This document shows positions 18,889-28,112 of a DNA stretch of 32,000 bases, in pieces. The notes below the pieces were generated by a model that was given only the letters and a program-made list of their open reading frames with translations, did not search any database and was not told the DNA's origin. Positions within the stretch are counted from its first letter, which is position 1. Each line of letters opens with the position of its first letter. This DNA is from Candidatus Saccharimonadota bacterium (GTDB taxonomy: Bacteria; Pseudomonadota; Gammaproteobacteria; Enterobacterales; Enterobacteriaceae). The translations under genes were made by a program, and so were the position numbers. The DNA lies in NCBI GenBank assembly GCA_041942055.1, contig CP145874.1, positions 300,001-332,000 of the forward strand, in the 5' to 3' direction.

Positions 18889-20451
18889 TTATTTGGTTAA
18901 ATGTAAAGATAAATCTTTTAACCGGAAACCCAGTAATAATAATGTTATAAAATAAATCAAAGCACCTATTAAAATCACTGCTATCATACGTAAAAGACGC
19001 ATAATCATTATGCCATTTTGCCAATTTGGCATAATATTAATTATTAACAATAATGCCAGGCCCATTATTATTACTGCAATAATTAGTCGTAGTAAAAATA
19101 TTCCCCAACCCGGTTGGGGAATATAATATTTTTTTTTCTTTAATTTCCAATAAAGCAGACTTGAATTTAAACATGCTGAAATACTAACAGAAAGAGATAA
19201 TCCAATCTGTTTTAAAGAACCTAAAAATAAAAAGTTAATTAATTGACTTATGATCAGTGTCACAATAGCAATTTTTACGGGCGTTCTTATATCTTGATGA
19301 GAATAGAATGCCGTAACTAACACTTTTACTAACATTATACCAATTAATCCAGCAGCATAATATACAAGTATTTGTTGTGTCATAAAAGTGTCAAAAGCAG
19401 TAAATTTTCTATATTGAAAAAGTACTATAATTAAGGGTTGTGCTAATACTCCTAAAGCTACTGCACTAGGAACAGCCATAAGTAAACATATTCTTAATGC
19501 CCGATCTAAAAGGATTGAATACTCATGATTGTCATAATGAGTATGATATTTCTTAGTTAGGTATGGTAATAAAATAGTACTTAATGTTACCCCTAATACT
19601 CCTAAGGGAAATTCCATTACCCTATCAGCATAATACATCCAGGAAATAGATCCTGAAACCAGAAAAGAGGCAAAAATTGTATTGATAATAAACGACAATT
19701 GGTTAGCAGAAACTCCAATTACTGCAGGTACCATTTTTTTTAAAACTCTCCATACCCCTATATCATATAAATTAATACGAGGAAGAACTAACATTTCAAT
19801 TTTTTTTAAAAATGGAAGTTGATAAATTAATTGTAATATACCGCCAATTAATACAGAGCCAGCTAAAGCTAATATAGGACGATTAAAATAAGGAGAAATA
19901 TATAAGGCTGATATGATCATACTTATATTCAGTAAAGCAGGGGCAAATGCTGGAATAGCAAAAAAGTTCCACATATTAAGAATTGCACTTGCCATAGAAG
20001 TTAATGATATTAAGAATATATAAGAAAAAGTAATTCTTAATAAAGATGAAGTTAATACAAACTTATCATATGAATGAGTAAAACCAGGAGCAGTTACTAA
20101 AATAATCCATGGTGCCGTTAACACTCCATATATACTAATTATAGTTAAAACCAAAATTAGCATTCCCGAAATACCAGCTATGAGTAATTGCGTAGAAGTC
20201 TTACTACGTTTATTTTTATATTCGGCTAATATAGGAATAAAAGCTTGTGAAAAAGCTCCTTCTGCAAATATCCTTCGTAATAAATTCGGTAACTTAAAAG
20301 CCACAAAAAAAGCATCCGTTTCAACTCCAACTCCGAATACTGCAGCGATAATACTATCTCTAACAAAGCCTAAAATACGTGAAATACACGTTATAGTACT
20401 AACACATGCCAACGATTTTAATAAATTTCTTGATGATTTCATATAGAACAA
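18889..20451 (-). CDS. murJ: lipid II flippase MurJ (MviN)
   Basis: The 520-aa polytopic membrane ORF has [35 protein letters not shown](I/V)PILAEYK and MYYADR(V/L)MEFP, matching E. coli MurJ. The true start may be the in-frame ATG at 20442. Confidence 0.92.
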   Translation of the reverse strand: MFYMKSSRNLLKSLACVSTITCISRILGFVRDSIIAAVFGVGVETDAFFVAFKLPNLLRRIFAEGAFSQAFIPILAEYKNKRSKTSTQLLIAGISGMLILVLTIISIYGVLTAPWIILVTAPGFTHSYDKFVLTSSLLRITFSYIFLISLTSMASAILNMWNFFAIPAFAPALLNISMIISALYISPYFNRPILALAGSVLIGGILQLIYQLPFLKKIEMLVLPRINLYDIGVWRVLKKMVPAVIGVSANQLSFIINTIFASFLVSGSISWMYYADRVMEFPLGVLGVTLSTILLPYLTKKYHTHYDNHEYSILLDRALRICLLMAVPSAVALGVLAQPLIIVLFQYRKFTAFDTFMTQQILVYYAAGLIGIMLVKVLVTAFYSHQDIRTPVKIAIVTLIISQLINFLFLGSLKQIGLSLSVSISACLNSSLLYWKLKKKKYYIPQPGWGIFLLRLIIAVIIMGLALLLIINIMPNWQNGIMIMRLLRMIAVILIGALIYFITLLLLGFRLKDLSLHLTK

Positions 20452-20519
20452 TCAAATTGAATTCTTCTATTCATCTCCATTTTAAAATAAATACTTTTAA
20501 GATTAATATTTATTTACTA

Positions 20520-21923
20520 TTAATTTTCATATGGTTTTTTATATCTCCAACTAGTTTCATCTAGACCATCTTCAATAATAATTCCTATGCTTTTTAATTG
20601 ATCACGTACAAAATCTGCCTTTTTCCAATTCTTATTTTGACGATAATTCTTACGTTTCATAATCAACGTTTTAATTATATTAATATCAACATTGTTATAT
20701 TGGTTTTTTGGTTGTAAAAAATTATTAGGATCTTGTTGTAATAAACCTAAAATTCCTGCTAGTTTACGTAAACGTAGAGATAATTTTTTTACAATATTTA
20801 ACATTTTTTTTTTTTTAAAAAAATTGATTTGTCGTGCTAAATCAAATAAAACTGCAAATGCCCGTGGAGTATTAAAATCATCATCCATGGCACATCTAAA
20901 CTTTCGTTCAAAATCATCAATCTCAAAAATTGGTTCTTCTTTATTAGAACCTTCAAAAGCAGTTAATGCTTTATAAAGACGAGTTAAAGCAACGTGTGCG
21001 TTTTTTATTCCTATATCACTATATATTAATGGACTACGATAATGACTAGCAATCATAAAATAACGAAGTGTTTCTGAATTATGATATTCAAGTAATTCTC
21101 GAATAGTTACAATATTATTTGAAGATTTAGACATTTTTTCATCTTCAATAAAAACCATACCCGAATGTATCCAATAATTAACAAACGTATTATTAATACA
21201 TTTTGATTGTGCTATTTCATTTTCATGATGAGGAAAAATTAGATCTATTCCTCCTCCATGAATATCAAAATATTTTCCTAAATATTTGTTATTCATCGCT
21301 GAACATTCAATATGCCATCCTGGACGACCTTTTCCCCACGGAGAATTCCAACCAATTTGATTATCATGAGATTTTTTCCATAAAATAAAATCCATTGGAT
21401 TGTGCTTATTAATTTTTGTACTATTTTTAAATTTTAGTTGATTTACATTTTGACGTGATAGATGTCCATAAGATGGATAACTATTAATATCAAAAAAAAT
21501 ATCACCTTCAGATGAAATATAAGCAGCTTTTTGTATTAAAAGATTTTTTATAAAATTTATCATATCTCCAATATGAGAAGTTGCACGAGGTTCAATATCA
21601 GGCGATAAAATATTCAATGCAGAAAAATCTGTATGCATTTTGAGTATCATTCTATTAGTTAGTTGATCTATAGACTCCTGATTTTCAATAGCACGTTGAA
21701 TAATTTTATCATCAATATCCGTGATATTGCGTATATATTTTACTTTATAACCACAATACCGCAAATAACGTAGAATAATATCAAAAATAATGAAAGTACG
21801 AGCATGACCTACATGACATAGATCATAAACAGTCACCCCACATACATACATGCCTATTTCATTGAAATCAATGGGTTTAAATTTCTCTTTTTTATGACTT
21901 AAAGAATTATAGATTTTCAACAT
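20520..21923 (-). CDS. cysS: cysteine--tRNA ligase
   Basis: The 467-aa ORF has MYVCG(I/V)TVYD.CH(I/V)GHAR (HIGH region), GWHIECSAM, HGGG.DL.FPHHENEIAQS and KMSKS. Confidence 0.95.
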   Translation of the reverse strand: MLKIYNSLSHKKEKFKPIDFNEIGMYVCGVTVYDLCHVGHARTFIIFDIILRYLRYCGYKVKYIRNITDIDDKIIQRAIENQESIDQLTNRMILKMHTDFSALNILSPDIEPRATSHIGDMINFIKNLLIQKAAYISSEGDIFFDINSYPSYGHLSRQNVNQLKFKNSTKINKHNPMDFILWKKSHDNQIGWNSPWGKGRPGWHIECSAMNNKYLGKYFDIHGGGIDLIFPHHENEIAQSKCINNTFVNYWIHSGMVFIEDEKMSKSSNNIVTIRELLEYHNSETLRYFMIASHYRSPLIYSDIGIKNAHVALTRLYKALTAFEGSNKEEPIFEIDDFERKFRCAMDDDFNTPRAFAVLFDLARQINFFKKKKMLNIVKKLSLRLRKLAGILGLLQQDPNNFLQPKNQYNNVDINIIKTLIMKRKNYRQNKNWKKADFVRDQLKSIGIIIEDGLDETSWRYKKPYEN

Positions 21924-21983
21924 GATATCTTAACTTAATACTTGAAAATATAAATAATTGTAAAACGTTACAATCAGATAATT

Positions 21984-22670
21984 TCAAATCAATAGTAGAT
22001 TTGTTAATCCTATATTAACGACTGATGATTCATCACTAGCATCTATTTTGAGATAATGGATTCTTCCCATTTGTGCTTCTTTTTTATAAAAATAAATTAA
22101 AGGAATCATCTGCTTATGATATTCTTTTAAACGTTTGCGTATTATATTTTCATGATCATCTAGTCGATGATAAAGATTATCTCCAGTTATATCATCTTTA
22201 CCGTCGATTTTTGGAGGATAAAATTTAGTATGATAAATTCTTCCTGAAGATAAGTGTATTCTACGTCCAAGGATACGTTCTACTAAAATTTCATCGGGTA
22301 CAACTAATTCTACAATAAAATCTAAATTAATTTTGGCTTGTTTTAGAGCTTTGGCTTGCGAGAGAGTTCGTGGAAAACCATCTAATAAAAATCCATGACA
22401 ACAATCTTTATCAGACAAACGTTTTATAACTAAATTAATCACAATTTCATCATTCACTAATGTACCTCTAGACATACAGTTAGCAATATCTATTACATCA
22501 ACTTCATTATCTAAATTAGCATAACTACGTAAAATATTCCCGGTAGAAATTGTAGGAATACAGTATTTCTTACTAAGAAATTGTGCTTGAGTACCTTTTC
22601 CACTTCCTGGAGCACCAATTAAAATTATACGTTTTTTACTTTCTTGATGCTGATAAATTCCGTATATCAT
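21984..22670 (-). CDS. adk: adenylate kinase
   Basis: The 228-aa ORF has the P-loop GAPGSGKGTQAQF, then GFLLDGFPRT and GRR.H..SGR.YH.KF.PPK..GKDD.TG. It has about 13 extra N-terminal residues relative to E. coli Adk, and I see no alternative canonical start nearer the P-loop. Confidence 0.92.
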   Translation of the reverse strand: MIYGIYQHQESKKRIILIGAPGSGKGTQAQFLSKKYCIPTISTGNILRSYANLDNEVDVIDIANCMSRGTLVNDEIVINLVIKRLSDKDCCHGFLLDGFPRTLSQAKALKQAKINLDFIVELVVPDEILVERILGRRIHLSSGRIYHTKFYPPKIDGKDDITGDNLYHRLDDHENIIRKRLKEYHKQMIPLIYFYKKEAQMGRIHYLKIDASDESSVVNIGLTNLLLI

Positions 22671-22685
22671 AAATATATTACTCTT

Positions 22686-24557
22686 TTAAAAAACATTGGA
22701 TTTTATAATTAAATTATTAACTCGACGAATAAACTTATTTGGATCTTCTAAAGAACCAATTTCAGTAAGTAAAGCTTGATCTAATAATAATTCTATTAAA
22801 TCTATAAATGATGTATCATCTATGGTTTTTGTAGCTTTTTTTATTAATGGATGTTCAGGATTTAATTCAAGAATATAGTTTATTTTCGGAACTTTTTGTC
22901 CAGCTGCTGCAAATATTTTTGCCATCTGAGTACTCATCTCATTAGCTTCTGTAGTTAAAATAGCTGGAGTTTCGATAAGACGATTAGTCAATCGTACATC
23001 TTGTACTTTATTCTTCAAAATTTTCTTTACTCGTACTATAAAAGATTGAAGAGATGTATTATTAGTATTTAATTTAGAATCTTTATCATTTATGAGTTTC
23101 TTGAGAGATTCATCAATTTTACTAACTGAATGAAAAGATTTTCCTTCAAAAGAAGTTAAATAACTCATCATCCATTCATCTATACGATCATAGAGTAATA
23201 ATATTTCAATTCCTTTTTTTCGTAATACTTCAAGGTGAGGACTATTAGATGCTGCTGCATAACTATCAGCAGTAATATAATAAATTTTTTCTTGATTAGA
23301 TATCATACGATTTACATATTCTTGTAATGATACAGTTTGAGTTGAATCTTTACTATGAGTAGATGCAAAACGTAGTAATGGCATAATATTTTTAATATTA
23401 TCATTATCTTCTGCCGGACCTTCTTTTAATACTAATCCAAATGTTTGCCAAAATTTATTATATTTATTAGGATCATCCATAAGTTTTTGTAGCATTTGAA
23501 ATACTCGTTTAGTTAATGCTGCACGTAATTTTTGTACTACACTATTATGTGGTAAAATTTCACGAGAAATATTTAAAGAAAGATTCTTACAATCTATCAA
23601 ACCATGAACAAATCTAAAATAATTAGGTATTAAGTTATTTATATCATCCGTTATAAAAATCCGTTGTACATACAATTTTAAACTCGATTTATAATCCCTG
23701 TTCCATAAATTTAATGCAGCGTGTGAAGGAATATAAAGTAAACTAGTGTATTCATGTTTACCCTCTACTCTATTGTGACTCCAGATCATAGGATCATGAA
23801 CATCATGAGTAATATGTTTATAAAAATCTTTATACTCGATTTCACTAATATCTGATTTATTTTTTATCCATAACGCATGTGCTTGGTTTACTTTTTCCCA
23901 ATTATCTTCTTTGTTAACAGATTTCATTTCTATTGGTAAATCAATATAATCCGAATATTTTCTAATAATCTCACGTAACCGCCACGGATTGAGAAATTCA
24001 TCTTCACTTTCACGTAAATGAAGTGTAATTTCAGTTCCTCGATGATTTTTTTTAATATCAGCAATAGTATAACTTCCTTCTCCTGTTGATTCCCATAATA
24101 CTGCTTCATCAATAGCAGCTCCTGCAGCACGACTACGTACAGTGACTTTATCAGCTATCATGAACGTTGAGTAAAATCCTACTCCAAATTGTCCAATTAG
24201 CTCACTAATTTTAGAAACTTTTTGAGGTTCAATAGATTGAATAAATGATTTCGTTCCAGATTTGGCAATGGTTCCTAAATTTTCAATTAATTCTTTTCTA
24301 CTCATACCAATGGCATTATCATTAACTATTAATGTACGTTTGTCTTTATCAATAGATATTCGTACATGTATATCTTTATCTTTTTCATATATATTTGGTG
24401 TAGATAATGCCTGAAAACGTAATTTCTCAGCAGCATCTGAAGCGTTAGAGATTAATTCTCTTAAAAAAATTTCTTTATTGGAATAAAGAGAATGAATCAT
24501 TAAATTTAAAAGTTGTTTAACTTCCGATTTGAATTTTCGTGTTTCTTGTGCTTTCAT
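22686..24557 (-). CDS. htpG: chaperone HtpG (Hsp90)
   Basis: The 623-aa ORF has F..E(V/T)[28 protein letters not shown] and GQFGVGFYS, and is full-length against E. coli HtpG (624 aa). Confidence 0.96.
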   Translation of the reverse strand: MKAQETRKFKSEVKQLLNLMIHSLYSNKEIFLRELISNASDAAEKLRFQALSTPNIYEKDKDIHVRISIDKDKRTLIVNDNAIGMSRKELIENLGTIAKSGTKSFIQSIEPQKVSKISELIGQFGVGFYSTFMIADKVTVRSRAAGAAIDEAVLWESTGEGSYTIADIKKNHRGTEITLHLRESEDEFLNPWRLREIIRKYSDYIDLPIEMKSVNKEDNWEKVNQAHALWIKNKSDISEIEYKDFYKHITHDVHDPMIWSHNRVEGKHEYTSLLYIPSHAALNLWNRDYKSSLKLYVQRIFITDDINNLIPNYFRFVHGLIDCKNLSLNISREILPHNSVVQKLRAALTKRVFQMLQKLMDDPNKYNKFWQTFGLVLKEGPAEDNDNIKNIMPLLRFASTHSKDSTQTVSLQEYVNRMISNQEKIYYITADSYAAASNSPHLEVLRKKGIEILLLYDRIDEWMMSYLTSFEGKSFHSVSKIDESLKKLINDKDSKLNTNNTSLQSFIVRVKKILKNKVQDVRLTNRLIETPAILTTEANEMSTQMAKIFAAAGQKVPKINYILELNPEHPLIKKATKTIDDTSFIDLIELLLDQALLTEIGSLEDPNKFIRRVNNLIIKSNVF

Positions 24558-24653
24558 AATCTAACTTACCTACTCAATTATCTTGAAATTTTTTTTAATT
24601 ATTCTATTCTAATAAATAGCATTCTGGTAACAGTACCTGTTAATAAGTAAAAA

Positions 24654-24965
24654 TTATAAATAAGGTACTGTAAAATTAGAAAAATTGGACATTTTATCTT
24701 TATAAACTTCATGTATACGACGTACAGCATCATTCAAAGCGGCTGCAATTAAATCTTCTAAAATTTCAATTCTCTCCTTTGTTAAACTAGGATCTAGTGT
24801 TACACGATTGCAATTATATTTTCCATCAAGAATTATAGTGACCAGACCTGCACCTGATTCTCCTTTAAATTGGAGTTTGGATATTTCTGTCTGAATTTCT
24901 TGCATTTGTTTTTGCATGTGTTGGGCTTGTTTGATTAAATTTTCTAATTCAGTTGTTTTGAACAT
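24654..24965 (-). CDS. ybaB: nucleoid-associated protein YbaB/EbfC
   Basis: The 103-aa ORF has (L/I)(M/I)KQAQ.MQ..MQ..Q.E(I/L) and ESGAGLV. It lies directly downstream of dnaX as in E. coli. Confidence 0.9.
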   Translation of the reverse strand: MFKTTELENLIKQAQHMQKQMQEIQTEISKLQFKGESGAGLVTIILDGKYNCNRVTLDPSLTKERIEILEDLIAAALNDAVRRIHEVYKDKMSNFSNFTVPYL

Positions 24966-24991
24966 AAATTTATCTCTAAATGGTAATTTTT

Positions 24992-26701
24992 TTACATTAT
25001 AACAATACTTTGTTTATCAATACTTGCATTAAAGAAATGACATAAGATATCTAAATAGACGTCAGAACAAATTGAATCATGTGCAATCTCAATTTGTTCC
25101 TGATAAAAATCATTTATTAATTCTAATGGAGTTTTTATCTTTAAATCATTATTTTCAATAAACTTAATGTCAAGTTTTTTTCCTAAAAAAATCATTAATG
25201 CTTCAGATAAAAACTTTTGTGATGATACTGTTTTTAAATGTTTTTTATTGGATCTAAAATTCAATTGTATATGGTGTTGATTCTGTTTTTTCCAACAGTT
25301 TAAAGCTAATTCTCGTACTAATGGAGGTAGTGAAAGTTGAAAAATTTCAGTTGCCCAATGATTATGAAGCAATTTCTTTTTTAATTTTATAAATAAAACT
25401 TGAGAATGAGTATTTTTAATATTTATTAATGGTGAAATTTCTTCATATTTCAGATCTTTTTTCAATAACGCATTGTTATATGGTAGTGTTAATAAAACCT
25501 GGTTTTTAGGGGGTTCAATTTTATCTATAAGTTGATTTTTTGCATAAATCAGTTTAGAAGTAATATTCTGTTGCGAACCATTATTAAAATTTATTCCTTT
25601 TTTTTTTTGAGAACTGAAAGTAAGAGCTCTAAATATTGTCATTTCTACCCCAATTTTTTGAGTAGGTGCTATTGATAATTCTTTTCTTCCTCTTATAATT
25701 ATTTGATAATAGTTTTGAACATTTTCTGAGGTTATTGTAAGTGCTAATTTCTTTAAACGTTCTAAAGTATTTTCTTTTAGTTTAATATATTTTGATTGGT
25801 TTTGTAACCATTGTAGCCTAGCAATATAATATAGTAGTTTTAACATATCTATTAATAGTATTTCCCAATCTATAGTACTTATCATGGCAAAATGATCTAA
25901 TAATTTAATAACTTGGTTAGAATTAATATGTATAATTGATTCTAATAACTCTAATACTTGTTCTTCATTTAAACTTCCAAGCATAGTGTTAATTAGAGTA
26001 ATAGAAATATTTCCATCTCCTAAAACCATTGCTTGTTCTGCCATTGTCAAAGCATCTCTCATGCTGCCATTAGCCCTTTTAGCAATTAATTCTAATGCAT
26101 CTAATTTAAAAACTACCTTTTCTTTTTCTAAGATAGATTTTAATTGCAATAAGATTATATTTTCATCTAAGGTTCTTAAATGAAAATGTAAACAACGTGA
26201 TAAAATCGTTATAGGTATCTTATCAAGATCGGTGGTTGCCAGTAAAAATTTAACATACTCAGGTGGTTCTTCGAGTGTTTTTAACAAAGCATTGAAACTA
26301 TGCTTTGACAGCATATGAATTTCATCAATTAAGTATACTTTATAACGGCCTTTAACTGGTACATATTGAATGTTATCTATTAATTCACGAATGTCTTCAA
26401 CTTTAGTACGCGATGCAGCATCTACTTCAATAACATCAATAAAATTTCCATTCATAATTTCTTGACAAGCTATACATTTTCCACATGGTTCAGCAGTAAT
26501 ATTGACTTCGCAATTCATTCCTTTAGCAAATAAGCGTGCAATAGTTGTTTTTCCAATACCACGGGTACCAGAAAATAAATAAGCATGATGAATTTTTCTT
26601 GATTTAAGAGTATTAATTAAAGCAGTAATAGGAATATCTTGACCAATCAGATTGGAAAAAGATTGTGGTCTCCATTTTCTTGCTAATACCTCATAATTCA
26701 T
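24992..26701 (-). CDS. dnaX: DNA polymerase III subunit tau (DnaX)
   Basis: The 569-aa ORF begins YEVLARKWRPQ.F and has the Walker A GTRG(I/V)GKTT, a Zn module C..C..C, DEIHMLS (Walker B), LLKTLEEPP and SRC. Its C-terminal domain has QLSLPPLVRELALNCW, comparable to E. coli tau domain V. Confidence 0.93.
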   Translation of the reverse strand: MNYEVLARKWRPQSFSNLIGQDIPITALINTLKSRKIHHAYLFSGTRGIGKTTIARLFAKGMNCEVNITAEPCGKCIACQEIMNGNFIDVIEVDAASRTKVEDIRELIDNIQYVPVKGRYKVYLIDEIHMLSKHSFNALLKTLEEPPEYVKFLLATTDLDKIPITILSRCLHFHLRTLDENIILLQLKSILEKEKVVFKLDALELIAKRANGSMRDALTMAEQAMVLGDGNISITLINTMLGSLNEEQVLELLESIIHINSNQVIKLLDHFAMISTIDWEILLIDMLKLLYYIARLQWLQNQSKYIKLKENTLERLKKLALTITSENVQNYYQIIIRGRKELSIAPTQKIGVEMTIFRALTFSSQKKKGINFNNGSQQNITSKLIYAKNQLIDKIEPPKNQVLLTLPYNNALLKKDLKYEEISPLINIKNTHSQVLFIKLKKKLLHNHWATEIFQLSLPPLVRELALNCWKKQNQHHIQLNFRSNKKHLKTVSSQKFLSEALMIFLGKKLDIKFIENNDLKIKTPLELINDFYQEQIEIAHDSICSDVYLDILCHFFNASIDKQSIVIM

Positions 26702-26894
26702 TAATACACCATTTGATTAGTATAAATCAATTAAACTATTTTATTACATCATTCTTGACAATGAAATAACAAATAATATTTGTTATAAATATTTGATCCA
26801 TTGATAAAAAGAAATAGATAAACTGTAAAACCTTGCAAATATAAGATAAAATAAAGTAAAGAGCAAAATAATTCGGAGAATGAATTTATTATCA

Positions 26895-27371
26895 ATGAAA
26901 AAATTTCCAATGACTTTATCAGGTGCAGAAAAACTACGTAAAGAACTAAATGAATTAAAAATGATTCATCGTCCTAGAATCATTGCTTCTATAGCAGAAG
27001 CTCGCCAATATGGGGATCTTAAAGAAAATGCTGAATATCATGCAGCTCGTGAACAGCAGGCATTTTATGAATGCCGTATTAAAGAAATTGAAATAAAACT
27101 TTCTAATGCAGAAATTATTGATATTACTAAGATTCCTTTTAGTAATCGAATTATATTTGGATCAACTGTTAGTATACTAAATCTTGATAATTCAAATAAA
27201 TATACTTACCGTATAGTAGGTGATGATGAATCCGATCATAAAAAAAAGCTTATTTCTATTAATTCTCCATTAGCGAGAGGATTAATAGGAAAAACCAAAA
27301 ACGATGTTGTTTTAATTAAGACCCCTAATGGAAATATTAAGTATGAAATATTAAATATAGAATATATTTAG
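26895..27371 (+). CDS. greA: transcription elongation/cleavage factor GreA
   Basis: The ORF matches E. coli GreA ([39 protein letters not shown](A/S)D). The ATG at 26895 (MKKFPMTL) reproduces the E. coli N-terminal length (MQAIPMTL). The track start at 26880 remains possible, and neither start has a well-spaced SD. Confidence 0.9.
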   Translation: MKKFPMTLSGAEKLRKELNELKMIHRPRIIASIAEARQYGDLKENAEYHAAREQQAFYECRIKEIEIKLSNAEIIDITKIPFSNRIIFGSTVSILNLDNSNKYTYRIVGDDESDHKKKLISINSPLARGLIGKTKNDVVLIKTPNGNIKYEILNIEYI

Positions 27372-27409
27372 CATATAATACTAACTTCATAAAGTTTTTA
27401 AAAATTTAA

Positions 27410-28051
27410 ATGAATCCTAAAAAAAATTGGTTTTCTAAATCATGGTGGTTACAAGAACATTTCAATGATAAATATGTAAAGCAAGCTAAAAAACTGGGTG
27501 TGCGATCACGTGCATGGTTTAAACTTGATGAAATACAAAAATGCGATAATTTATTACAACGTAATATGAGTGTGATTGATTTAGGTGCAGCTCCTGGAAG
27601 CTGGTCACAATATGCTATTCAACAGATTGGATTGAAAGGACAAGTAATTGCTTGCGATATTTTACCTCTTACTCCTATTAAGGATGTTAACTTTGTACAA
27701 GGAGATTGTACCAATACATATGTACGTCAAAAATTATTAAGTATGATAAAGAATCCAAATAAGGTTCAGTTAATTATGTCTGATATGTCACCGAATCTTA
27801 GTGGTATTGATGTAGCTGATATTAATAGAATGATTTTTCTAGCAGAAATTGCATTAGAAATATGTAATCTAGCTTTAGATGTTAATGGAGGTTTTTTGGT
27901 AAAAATGTTTTATGGAGAAGGATTTGATCAATACTTACAAAATATTCGTACCTTATTCAAAAAGGTTAGAACTAGAAAACCAGAAGCTTCACGTGCACGG
28001 TCGAGTGAAGTATATATTGTTGCTACCGGTTTTAAAAAATCACATATATAA
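27410..28051 (+). CDS. rlmE: 23S rRNA 2'-O-ribose U2552 methyltransferase
   Basis: The 213-aa ORF has WLQEHF.DKYV.QA, RSRAWFKLDEIQ, DLGAAPG.WSQY and SRARS.EVYIVATG. It lies upstream of ftsH as in E. coli. Confidence 0.94.
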   Translation: MNPKKNWFSKSWWLQEHFNDKYVKQAKKLGVRSRAWFKLDEIQKCDNLLQRNMSVIDLGAAPGSWSQYAIQQIGLKGQVIACDILPLTPIKDVNFVQGDCTNTYVRQKLLSMIKNPNKVQLIMSDMSPNLSGIDVADINRMIFLAEIALEICNLALDVNGGFLVKMFYGEGFDQYLQNIRTLFKKVRTRKPEASRARSSEVYIVATGFKKSHI

Positions 28052-28112
28052 GTAAGTATTTAGTATGTTTATTATAATCTAGTAAATAAAAATAATAGAA
28101 GAGGCCAATTCT

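Noticed and set aside
18797-19024. A 75-aa minus-strand ORF spanning the rne 3' end and the murJ 3' end.
   Set aside because: It overlaps murJ on the same strand in another frame and rne in antisense. It has no SD and no motif, and the murJ frame is clearly the real one by homology.
20180-21388. Plus-strand ORFs at 20180..20446, 20692..20976 and 21203..21388.
   Set aside because: They are antisense to murJ and cysS respectively, both of which are full-length conserved genes.
23930-24130. A 66-aa minus-strand ORF within htpG.
   Set aside because: It is on the same strand as htpG but in an alternative frame, nested inside the conserved N-terminal ATPase domain. It has no independent support.
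24628-24642. An inverted repeat TAACAG-TAC-CTGTTA just downstream of ybaB, considered as a possible terminator.
   Set aside because: The stem is only 6 bp and AT-rich, and no T-tract follows on the transcribed (minus) strand. It cannot be told apart from chance.
25986-26183. A 65-aa plus-strand ORF inside dnaX.
   Set aside because: It is antisense to dnaX domains II and III.
26755-26790. A TTGACA hexamer and a downstream TATAAAT, considered as a greA promoter.
   Set aside because: The spacing is 23 nt, too long for sigma70. Hexamers at 16-18 nt spacing match the -10 consensus poorly (TATTTG, ATTTGT).
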